The notes beneath the pieces were generated by a model. It had not been told where the DNA came from, ran no database searches, and saw only the letters and a program-made list of their open reading frames with translations. From NCBI GenBank assembly GCA_943326025.2, contig CALPRR020000001.1, positions 1 to 35,392 on the forward strand: a DNA stretch of 35,392 bases, written 5' to 3'. Below, in pieces: positions 19,501 to 26,756 of this stretch. Within the stretch, counting starts at the first letter, position 1. Each line of letters opens with the position of its first letter. A program made the position numbers and the translations under genes. The DNA is from Candidatus Kuenenia stuttgartensis (GTDB lineage: Bacteria > Bacteroidota > Bacteroidia > Flavobacteriales_D > Crocinitomicaceae).

Positions 19501-20167
19501 CTAATCCAAATTCTTTTGCTTTTTCATGAAAATATTCCTTTCTGAAAACCTCATCAAAAAATACACTAATCTCTTCTCTATCTTTGATGTTATACAATGC
19601 TTGCGCTTGATGTTCACACATTTTACGCTTAATTGAAGGACAACTACAATTTAATATTAATTGATCATTTTCAAACTTGACATCTACAACATTGTTTCTC
19701 GGAAAACTATATGCATCCAGAAATGAAATATGATTGATGGAGATTTCATTCGGATAAAAATCTAAAAAACCTCGTTTTCGTTCACTTGGTAATTCCATGG
19801 AATGAACCATGATGTAAGTATTCGTAAGTTTTGGAAATTTGAACTTGTCAATTCGATACTCCGTTGGATGAACTCCATTTTCTCGATCTTCCCCATTCAC
19901 TAATTCATCATCTGCTTTATGCAGTACGTGAACGATATGTTTGCAGATTGGACCTTGATTAAACGAACAATTACAAGAAGCTTTTAAAACTTTTTTTGGA
20001 GAAAATTCAATTTTGACATCATAGATATCTGAACCTTTAACCAACGCTGTAATTTCTGTTTCAGACAATGAAAAATCCTTGATTTCAGAATCTCTCCATT
20101 CACTTCTAGTTTTTTCTGAAGTATAATTGAGTACAAATGTTTCAAAGATTTTAGTTGTGAATGTCAT
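16511..20167 (-). CDS. SNF2-family helicase/ATPase with two N-terminal SWIM zinc fingers
   Basis: The two SWIM motifs are CNCSFNQGPICKH (nt 19937-19975) and CSCPSIKRKMCEH (nt 19610-19648). The helicase motifs are LADDMGLGKTIQ (I), DESQAIKN (II), LTGTPIEN (III) and QAIDRCYRIGQ (VI). Confidence 0.9.
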   Translation of the reverse strand: MTFTTKIFETFVLNYTSEKTRSEWRDSEIKDFSLSETEITALVKGSDIYDVKIEFSPKKVLKASCNCSFNQGPICKHIVHVLHKADDELVNGEDRENGVHPTEYRIDKFKFPKLTNTYIMVHSMELPSERKRGFLDFYPNEISINHISFLDAYSFPRNNVVDVKFENDQLILNCSCPSIKRKMCEHQAQALYNIKDREEISVFFDEVFRKEYFHEKAKEFGLEEENNLDDFFELEYDSMYKRANVISKIKELLPINQKTTNLLEKQLLPQPKEVLTPIEAYQQSFSKQFVIIGQHRYYDHIYVDFVTSNATKDGRPKNPITKKNPVDLIWKAEKQEEIKFFTALAKFQSEGMRLSGVSDIDALKAIVKNPSNFEVYYHNESISDNLTSSSIVLVQLKRLESDLILDVNMKEKFYEISGQIEIDEIFIELKKLKLVFNYFVLLGETMYLIDNPDVIRVINFFKSNNQKIIIHKSKYKEFQEKYLANLEHRIKINYTYLKPASKKQIIEKGFDKKVSKLIYLCDSDGYIAITPVVKYGDIEIPILSKKQIYSRDKNGNEFLVERDIDLEYRFLAMLIRQHESFEEQLNLDSFYIHSVHFLEGAWFLEVFDQWRDAEITILGFSELKNNRYNGHKASVTVSVSSGLDWFDTAIKVKYGEQDVTLKQLQKAVKNKTKFVELGDGTLGLLPEEWIEKFSKYFRVGEVQKEVIRTNKINFSEISELYEDEVLTNEARDQIAFYQAKLASFNSIQKVKVPKALNATLRDYQKEGLNWLNFLDDFGFGGCLADDMGLGKTIQILAFILSQREKKVKNNTNLIVVPTSLIFNWQNEIEKFAPSIKLFTIYGADRVKNTEDFHQFEIILTSYGTLLSDIRFLKEFEFNYVILDESQAIKNPESQRYKSVRLLKSRNKLVLTGTPIENNTFDLYGQFSFACPGLLGNKTAFKDLYAMPIDKFKDFGRAKELQKKINPFLLRRTKSQVAKELPDKTEMVLYCEMGEEQRKVYDTYKQEFRAFLIATSNQKKYMDSMHVLAGLTKLRQICNSPALINDEEYYGDQSSKIEVLMGEITSKQGDHKMIVFSQFVTMLDLIKKELDKREIKYEYLTGQTKDRETKVNNFQTNDEVRVFLISLKAGGTGLNLTEADYVYLVDPWWNPAVENQAIDRCYRIGQKKNVFAVRLICPDTIEDKIRTLQDSKKELATDLVKTDTSILKSLNREDLVGIL

Positions 20168-20249
20168 TAATCAAAATTCATTTTAGAAATTATAAAATTA
20201 AGCAATATATCTTACTTAATTTTTGATCAAATGATATTCTTAAAATTAC

Positions 20250-22145
20250 TTACTGAATAATCACTTTAGTTGATTTCTTTCTATTATTTCTATGAATAAT
20301 TAAATAATAAACTCCTTTAGGAATAGAACCAAAAGTATTCATTTCATGATGGTGATTTGAAATTTTATCCGGCAACAATTCTTCTGAATGAAATATTTTC
20401 CCAGCTAAATCAACCAATTGAATTGTTAACGGTTCCTCATTCTTTAGATCATTTTCAGAAAAATGAATCTTAAAGTTTCCATTTTCTGATGGATTTGGAA
20501 AAACATTCATAGCTAATTCTATAAGCTCATTTTCAACCGACTTTATTGTCGAATGAGTATACCTTCCATTAAAATCAACTTGTTTTAAACGATAGTATGA
20601 AATTCCCTCAACTATTTTTTCGTCTGTAAACAAATAATTAGAAGTCTGAGTTGAATTACCCTTCCCTTTAATTTGACCTATTTCATAAAAATCCTTTCCA
20701 TTTTCTGATTTCTCAATAGAAAAATAATCATTGTTTGTTTCTGAAAAAGTTGTCCAAAACACATCAACTTGATCGTAATTCAATTCAGTATTAAAGCTCG
20801 ATAATTCAACAGGTAAAACAATTACTGATGAAAAATGATACCCTAAAGTATAATAACCATCGTTTTGTAAATTTACATTCGAAAATGAAACCATATCTCC
20901 AGTAACACTATTTGCTGTTGCTATTTCGGTCCAAGAAGTTCCTATTGAATTTGAAGATCTATATAAAAGGACATAATCACCTGCAACTCCCATTGAATTA
21001 ACAGCCATACCACTATTGGAAACATCAAATTCAACGGTTCCATTTAATACTGAAGAAGTATTTGTTACGTCGAAATACCAAACTCTTTGCCATCTCGTAT
21101 TTGAAGTTCCTGTCATACCTGCAACGTCCGTGGACATTTCGCTATTGTAGGCTGAACCGTGTCCGATCAATAAATAATCTCCAACGTCTAAAACAGATGT
21201 TGAAGTTATCCCTAAACCTTTTGTTACTGAAGAAGAAAAACTTGTATTTGAACCAACAACTGAACCAGGCATTATTGTATCACTTCCTATACCAGCAACA
21301 TCTTTGTCAAAATTAATTAAACTATTATCACCAGCGTATTTATCCTCTGAAGCAAGAGCAATATTGTATTTTGCAGATAAATAATTATTCACGATAATTC
21401 TAGAAGCTTTATTTAATGCAGTTCTATAACCTATTACTTCAGCAATATAACCACCAAATGGTCTTGGGTCGTTTAAATCCGTTGAACCTATAATTAATGG
21501 TGAATTATTATTCGGAACTGACGTATTCGTTTCTGAAGCTCTTACATCTAAATTATTTCCATTATATAATTTGGATCTAGAAGCAGAACTCAACGTTCCA
21601 TCATATACAACATTTATTAAATAATTATTATTTGGACTATAAGTTGTCGTACCATTAAATCTATTATCATTTGTTTGAATATCGACATAAAATTTATTTG
21701 AAGTATAATAAAACAACATGAAAGATTGTTCAATTCCTACATTAGTTCTTTTAGAAACAATAGATCTAGCACCTCCATCTAATGTCAAAGGTCTTGAAAT
21801 GGTAAAAAAAGTATAACCAGAAGTATTATCCAATGTAGAAGCATCAGCTCCAACTAACTTATCATTCGTCCCATTGTTATTATCGAAAAGAATTGCTGGA
21901 TTTCCATTAATAAGATTGGTTGTGTAAATTGGTTGCTTGTTATTCGTTGCTTGAGAAACGGAATTTGAATTACCTGATTGATCGGTCCAATTTGAAACTG
22001 CTGTACCATTTGAAGTAGTATTTGTACCTGCATCAGCTCTTAACCACAACATATTGTTCGTACTCGTACCTACTCCACCTGGTCCTGTTTGACCAAAAGA
22101 GCAATAGTATACCGAAGTATATAGTAGCAAGATAACAAACTTCAT
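20250..22145 (-). CDS. Secreted LamG/concanavalin-A-like lectin domain protein with a T9SS type A (Por_Secre_tail) C-terminal sorting domain
   Basis: I prefer the ATG at 22145 (MKFVILLLYTSVYYCSFGQ signal) over the TTG at 22160. The N-terminal region WLRADAG..GTAVSNWTDQSGNSN..NKQPIY is typical of LamG-type T9SS cargo. The C-terminus is FPNPSENGNFKIHF..GKIFHSEE..IPKGVYYLIIH..KVIIQ. Confidence 0.8.
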   Translation of the reverse strand: MKFVILLLYTSVYYCSFGQTGPGGVGTSTNNMLWLRADAGTNTTSNGTAVSNWTDQSGNSNSVSQATNNKQPIYTTNLINGNPAILFDNNNGTNDKLVGADASTLDNTSGYTFFTISRPLTLDGGARSIVSKRTNVGIEQSFMLFYYTSNKFYVDIQTNDNRFNGTTTYSPNNNYLINVVYDGTLSSASRSKLYNGNNLDVRASETNTSVPNNNSPLIIGSTDLNDPRPFGGYIAEVIGYRTALNKASRIIVNNYLSAKYNIALASEDKYAGDNSLINFDKDVAGIGSDTIMPGSVVGSNTSFSSSVTKGLGITSTSVLDVGDYLLIGHGSAYNSEMSTDVAGMTGTSNTRWQRVWYFDVTNTSSVLNGTVEFDVSNSGMAVNSMGVAGDYVLLYRSSNSIGTSWTEIATANSVTGDMVSFSNVNLQNDGYYTLGYHFSSVIVLPVELSSFNTELNYDQVDVFWTTFSETNNDYFSIEKSENGKDFYEIGQIKGKGNSTQTSNYLFTDEKIVEGISYYRLKQVDFNGRYTHSTIKSVENELIELAMNVFPNPSENGNFKIHFSENDLKNEEPLTIQLVDLAGKIFHSEELLPDKISNHHHEMNTFGSIPKGVYYLIIHRNNRKKSTKVIIQ

Positions 22146-22216
22146 AGTTACAAACAGCAATTAATTCAAAAGAGAAAAACACCTTTTGTTTAATACAGTA
22201 AATAATTTTAGCATTG

Positions 22217-22224
22217 CAAAAATA
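22217..22224 (-). promoter_or_regulatory. Candidate -7 box TATTTTTG for the LamG/T9SS gene
   Basis: This is an exact TAnnTTTG match on the minus strand, about 70 nt upstream of the ATG at 22145. Confidence 0.3.
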
Positions 22225-22389
22225 TAAATTATTTAATAATGATCTAAAAATTAAATATTGCAAGTCCTAATGAAGAATCTAAATGACTGAAAAACAAACA
22301 AAGTAAGTGGCGTATTACTGTTTTTTTGTGGGGAAAAGATGGGGTTTTATTCTAAATAATTACAAAAATAAAAACATCAAATAAATAAC

Positions 22390-22441
22390 CTGGTAGTAGA
22401 AAATCCATTTTCATAGATATATTTTTTAATTCTACTACCAG
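22390..22441 (-). terminator. Long-stem hairpin immediately downstream of the 1032-aa gene; probable end of its operon
   Basis: A perfect 12-bp stem CTGGTAGTAGAA (22390-22401) pairs with TTCTACTACCAG (22430-22441) around a 28-nt loop. It starts 11 nt after the stop codon and U-rich sequence follows on the minus strand. Confidence 0.5.
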
Positions 22442-22452
22442 ATTTATTTTAA

Positions 22453-25400
22453 TTATTCAACAACTAATTTTTGTACAAAACTTCCTTTTACAGAGTTGAT
22501 TTTAACAAAATAAATTCCTGCTGATAAATCAGTTGAAATAGATGTTGTATTTGTTAAATTATCTGTAATTGATTTTACCTGTTTTCCGATTTCGTTGAAA
22601 ATAACGATTGAAGTTAAAGTTAATGTTTCATCCATAACTTTTACAGTAAACATACCATTTGAAGGATTCGGATAAATAGACAACCCATTTTCAACTGTTG
22701 AAATTGAATTTAAACCTAAAGTAGTGAAACCTACAATTGCTGATGAACTTGAAGTACATCCATTTGTTGTAACTGTAACAGAATAATCTCCATTAGCTGT
22801 TACAGTGTATGACTGATTCGTTGCATTTTGAATTGCAGAACCATTTAAATACCATTGATTTCCTGAAGCAACATTTGTGCTTAATAAAGTACCATTTGCA
22901 TATAAAACTGGTGCAGTTGGAATTGGATTAATTGTCATTTCAATTGATTGAGCGTTCACCGTATCAATAGTAGCACAAGTTAAACTAGAAATTAAATTAC
23001 AAGTAACAATATCATTGTCATTTAAAGTTGAAATTATTAATGTATCTGAATTCTCAGACAATAGATTCCCATTAACAAACCATTCATAAAAAGGAGTTGT
23101 ACCTGCATTTATTCCATCAGCAACTAATATCACTTCAGAACCAGCACAGGCTGTATTGTTTGCTAAAATAGAAACAGAAGGAATTAATGCAGAATTTACA
23201 TTTATCGCTACAATCGCTGAAGTGTCATCTAAATCAGATATACATGATTCACTTGAAGTTAATACACAATATACTTCATCACCATTTACTAACGTATCTA
23301 CAACTATCGAAGTTGATGTTGAAACACTTTCTCCGTTGATAAACCACTCAAATGTTGGTGTATTTCCTGCGTATGTAGTTGATTGTGAAAAAGTAACTTC
23401 TTGACCAGAACAAATTGTTGTAATATCAGCTGAAACATTAATAGAAGGAGTTACAGGGGACGCTCCTGAAATTGTCATTGAATCTGTATGCGAAATAGAC
23501 AATGCATCTGAGACAGTCACAAAATAAGTACCTTGAAGAAGGTTATTGATTGAAGCTGTTGTCGCACCATTACTCCATAAATAAGTATATGGAGCAGTTC
23601 CACCAGTTGCAACTGCAGATAAAGATCCGTCATTCGCATTGATACATGAAGGAGAAGATGGATAATTGATTGCTACATTAACTGGAAGTTCAGAAAGACC
23701 ATTTGAATACAAACAGTTATTTTCTGTCGTTACAAAAACTCGAGAAGTAACAAATGAAATTTTATTTACTGCCGTATAACTTGGTAAATTGAATTGGTTT
23801 CCACCTGCTTCCCACGTTTGACCATGATCACTTGTTGCAATTAAACCACCTCTATAACTTGCAAAAACATAACCTCCAAAAGTACCCATTGCTTGAATAG
23901 CATCTCCATCCAAACCTAATAAAGTAGTATGAGAAATTGAAGTAGGTGAAGTAGCTGACCAATTAAAATCAGAAATATCAGCAACAAACACTCCGTCATG
24001 ATGCGTTCCAACATAAATTTTTGTCCCTAATGTCGTTATAGCAGTTGTATGATCGGTCGGTAAATTCGTTGTTATATTTGTCCAATTACCTGACGCTTCA
24101 TTTCTTGAGTGAACTCCTCCTCCATGGATAGCAATTACAACTTTATCTCCATATGAAGAAAATGCAACATCTTCTAAATTAGTGCCTAAATTCCCTTGAA
24201 TTGAAGTCCATGCACCTGTTCCATTAGATTGGTAAATTGTACCTGTTGCATCAAAAATGTACACATAATTTGATGTAGCAAACACTTTTTTTACAGATAA
24301 TTCAAACAATCCAATATTAAACTCATTCCAAACAGCACCTGTATCATTACTCACAAAAACACCTGCATTTTCAGTAACAGCAAATAATTTTGTTCCTTTA
24401 AACGTTAAATCATTTACATGTAAATAATCTGTTAAACCATTATTTGCAGCAGTATAAGAAGTTGCTAAATTTTTACTTACAAATACCCCTTTTTCAGTAG
24501 CTGCAACAATTACTTGATCTCCACTTGTTGCCATTGAATAGGTCACCTGATTGTTGTACCCCGTATTATTCGCTATCCAACTGATTGAAGAATTTGATGT
24601 TTTATAGATGCCATCTTTGTAAACACCTGCAATTAAACTTGTGTTATACGCTGCAACAATATTTACATTCATATTAGAGGTAAATCCGGTATTAATAGTT
24701 GACCAAGAAATTGATCCTGTAACTGAAGTATAAACTCCATTATCTGTTGCTAAATACCAATTTGTACCATTATTTGTAATTGAATTAATAGCTAAATTCA
24801 AAATTAATCCTGAAGTTACTGCAACATATACAGGCGATGTTGTGGTACTAGCTGAAGCTAATACAAAAACACCATTGTGATTTTTTACTAATATTTCATT
24901 TGTAGTACCATTGTAAGATATTGCAGTTGTATTTGATATGTTTAATGTATTTGCATCATTTAAACCTAACCAAGATAAACCATTATCATCAGAATAATAA
25001 ACTCCTTTATTTTCAGCTGTCAATATTAAACGTGCACCTGCTTTTACAATACCCGTAATATTTGTTCCAGCAAAAGGTAAACTTGTAATTTCACTCCAAT
25101 TTGAACCATTATCAATTGTTCTGAAAATTTTTCCATTGGAAGTTCCTACAACTAATGATGTTGCATCAAATGAAGCGATAGCTGTCGTATTTTTGCTTGT
25201 CAATCCATTTTGAACTTTTTCCCAGTATCTGTCAGAACCAACATAACCAGTAAAACGGAAAACGCCACTATCAACTGTTGCTGCAAATAAATTTGATCCT
25301 GCAAAATCTAACGCAGCAATTTTACCACTTTTCAAACCAACAGGTTTACAGCTCCATCCTACTAAAGAAGCATTTGTATTTACATAAACACCTCCATTTT

Positions 25401-25551
25401 CAGTTCCAAAATAAACCAATCCACCTCCTTGAGTTGAACAGGTGATTTTACCACTACCGTATGGACCTTTAGATCCAAAGTGTGCGAATGAGATTGTTGA
25501 AACATATAAAAATGCAATCAACATCATTGACTTTAAAGTATTATTTTTCAT
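22453..25551 (-). CDS. Large secreted protein: Asp-box (BNR-like) beta-propeller region, one SprB-type repeat, three Ig-like modules and a T9SS type A C-terminal sorting domain
   Basis: It has a signal peptide. Asp-box motifs are present (TIDNGSNWSEI, SDDNGLSWLGL, SNDTGAVWNEF, SDHGQTWEAG) plus degenerate copies. The SprB-like repeat is CINANDGSLSAVATGGTAPYTYLWSNGATT..GTYFVTVSDA. Three modules share C..(F/Y)EWF.NG..C. The C-terminus is IYPNPSNGMFTVKV..GIYFVKINS..FVQKLVVE. Confidence 0.8.
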   Translation of the reverse strand: MKNNTLKSMMLIAFLYVSTISFAHFGSKGPYGSGKITCSTQGGGLVYFGTENGGVYVNTNASLVGWSCKPVGLKSGKIAALDFAGSNLFAATVDSGVFRFTGYVGSDRYWEKVQNGLTSKNTTAIASFDATSLVVGTSNGKIFRTIDNGSNWSEITSLPFAGTNITGIVKAGARLILTAENKGVYYSDDNGLSWLGLNDANTLNISNTTAISYNGTTNEILVKNHNGVFVLASASTTTSPVYVAVTSGLILNLAINSITNNGTNWYLATDNGVYTSVTGSISWSTINTGFTSNMNVNIVAAYNTSLIAGVYKDGIYKTSNSSISWIANNTGYNNQVTYSMATSGDQVIVAATEKGVFVSKNLATSYTAANNGLTDYLHVNDLTFKGTKLFAVTENAGVFVSNDTGAVWNEFNIGLFELSVKKVFATSNYVYIFDATGTIYQSNGTGAWTSIQGNLGTNLEDVAFSSYGDKVVIAIHGGGVHSRNEASGNWTNITTNLPTDHTTAITTLGTKIYVGTHHDGVFVADISDFNWSATSPTSISHTTLLGLDGDAIQAMGTFGGYVFASYRGGLIATSDHGQTWEAGGNQFNLPSYTAVNKISFVTSRVFVTTENNCLYSNGLSELPVNVAINYPSSPSCINANDGSLSAVATGGTAPYTYLWSNGATTASINNLLQGTYFVTVSDALSISHTDSMTISGASPVTPSINVSADITTICSGQEVTFSQSTTYAGNTPTFEWFINGESVSTSTSIVVDTLVNGDEVYCVLTSSESCISDLDDTSAIVAINVNSALIPSVSILANNTACAGSEVILVADGINAGTTPFYEWFVNGNLLSENSDTLIISTLNDNDIVTCNLISSLTCATIDTVNAQSIEMTINPIPTAPVLYANGTLLSTNVASGNQWYLNGSAIQNATNQSYTVTANGDYSVTVTTNGCTSSSSAIVGFTTLGLNSISTVENGLSIYPNPSNGMFTVKVMDETLTLTSIVIFNEIGKQVKSITDNLTNTTSISTDLSAGIYFVKINSVKGSFVQKLVVE

Positions 25552-25570
25552 TATTGTTTTTAAATTATTA

Positions 25571-25954
25571 TTAATTATTTTGAGCTCCTTGCTCTATCCA
25601 TTTTAAAATCAAATCCAATTTACATTGTTCTAACACGCCATTTGGTGGCATTGGATTATTAACGGATTTCATCGATGAATACAACAAACTTGAACTCGGA
25701 TTTGTGGTGTTTATATAACCACTTTGACTGTTTAATAACTGCTGATATGAAACACTTGACACTAAATTTAAATTACCCTTCGGATTTGTTCCTGAATGGC
25801 AACCTGATGTTGTACAATTCTCATTGAAAATTGGTTGTACATCATTTTTATAAGAAACAGTATCGGGTAAATCACATTTCTCTTTCTTCTTTTTACATGA
25901 CGTAAAATGCAAGAACGAAATCATAATTACTATGAGTGTAAAAAATTTTATCAT
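25571..25954 (-). CDS. Small lipoprotein with a PSCyt1-like (planctomycete cytochrome c-like) domain carrying a non-canonical C-x4-C-H motif
   Basis: A signal/lipobox ends in ..HFTSC. The sequence VQPIFNENCTTSGCHSGTNPKGNLNLVS...NPSSSLLYSSM...NPMPPNGVLEQCKLDLILKWIEQGA follows the PSCyt1 pattern (C..CH....KGGL.L......PG.P..S.L......MPP...L......I..WI..GA), but the Cys pair is spaced CTTSGCH (nt 25796-25816). Confidence 0.6.
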   Translation of the reverse strand: MIKFFTLIVIMISFLHFTSCKKKKEKCDLPDTVSYKNDVQPIFNENCTTSGCHSGTNPKGNLNLVSSVSYQQLLNSQSGYINTTNPSSSLLYSSMKSVNNPMPPNGVLEQCKLDLILKWIEQGAQNN

Positions 25955-25957
25955 CAG

Positions 25958-26746
25958 TTATTCGTATCTAAACAAATTTGGAATGTTATTTTTAATCATT
26001 GTTGCAATTGAAGAACTATTGTCTTGAGCTGAAGACACATTCAAATTTGAAGGATTTGTTAAATCAATTCCATCAAACAATTTTGAATAATCGACAATCA
26101 TGTGCACATAATTCACGTTGTCTTTTAAAACTGTAAAATTTTGAATTGGCATTTCAACAGAAACATAATTCGTATTTGTTCCAATTTTATAACAAAATGG
26201 TACTGGTGTTCCATTCATAGCATTTGTAGTATCAATAGCTCCTTGAACATTCATAAATACATAACCATCTGGTTGTGCTGATGAACTAAACCACATTTGT
26301 TGCATTTTAAGAATGATTGAATCTGCAGATAAAGTTGGAGATAATGCATTTGTCGTTGCGTCTAAACCAACTTTAAATCTTACTGACTTATAATTCCCAA
26401 CTGGAACATCACCAACTGTCAGCCCTTCAGATTCAAACAATTTTATTACATTTTTTTGTAAATCAACTGTTGAGCCATCTAACTTAACCAATTGTATTCC
26501 TGAGATGTAAAATTGAGCACGACTTAATGAAATTATTCTTCCTGCATAAGTAGTCATATCAATATTATATGCATCAACTTCTGTATCCTCAATGTAAGTA
26601 TGCAAATGAAACATTAAAGTTCCTTTTGCTACGTTAGATTGATCATTATTATTGGATTGATCATTATTGTTTTCATCTTTTTTACAAGAAAGAGCTATGA
26701 AAGCAGCTACAACTATAATAGATAATTTTTTGATTATACTTTTCAT
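25958..26746 (-). CDS. MbnP-like lipoprotein (putative copper-binding periplasmic or surface protein)
   Basis: The lipobox is ALSCKKDENNN. Sequence landmarks recalled for the MbnP family are present: RAQFYISGIQLVKLDGS, YKSVRFKVGLDA, MQQMWFSS..DGYVFMNVQG and DYSKLFDGIDL. The assignment is by eye only. Confidence 0.55.
   Translation of the reverse strand: MKSIIKKLSIIVVAAFIALSCKKDENNNDQSNNNDQSNVAKGTLMFHLHTYIEDTEVDAYNIDMTTYAGRIISLSRAQFYISGIQLVKLDGSTVDLQKNVIKLFESEGLTVGDVPVGNYKSVRFKVGLDATTNALSPTLSADSIILKMQQMWFSSSAQPDGYVFMNVQGAIDTTNAMNGTPVPFCYKIGTNTNYVSVEMPIQNFTVLKDNVNYVHMIVDYSKLFDGIDLTNPSNLNVSSAQDNSSSIATMIKNNIPNLFRYE
26637..26672. repeat. Imperfect 18-nt tandem duplication in the linker of the MbnP-like gene
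   Basis: GATTGATCATTATTATTG is followed directly by GATTGATCATTATTGTTT; the first 14 nt are identical. It encodes the duplicated linker NNNDQSNNNDQSN just after the lipobox. Confidence 0.7.
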
Positions 26747-26756
26747 TTAATAAAAT

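Noticed and set aside
16511-20167. SNF2 helicase as part of a DISARM-, BREX- or Zorya-like defence system
   Set aside because: It has no partner genes (methyltransferase, DUF1998, PLD nuclease, etc.). Its neighbours are rsmG and a T9SS cargo gene. SWIM-SNF2 proteins of this size are common stand-alone chromosomal genes.
22300-22345. Possible plus-strand small RNA or terminator (AGTAA-loop-TTACT plus a T-run, followed by a G-rich TGTGGGGAAAAGATGGGG)
   Set aside because: The stem is only 5 bp, there is no plus-strand gene or promoter upstream, and there is too little structure to call an ncRNA.
21062-23404. Short ORFs 21062-21316 (+), 22033-22263 (-) and 23156-23404 (+)
   Set aside because: They are antisense to or overlap the two T9SS cargo genes. 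22033-22263 is out of frame with the LamG gene start and runs into its promoter region.
25571-25954. Canonical mono-heme c-type cytochrome call
   Set aside because: There is no CXXCH anywhere in the protein; only CTTSGCH is present. It is kept as a PSCyt1-like protein with a non-canonical motif, not as a confirmed cytochrome.
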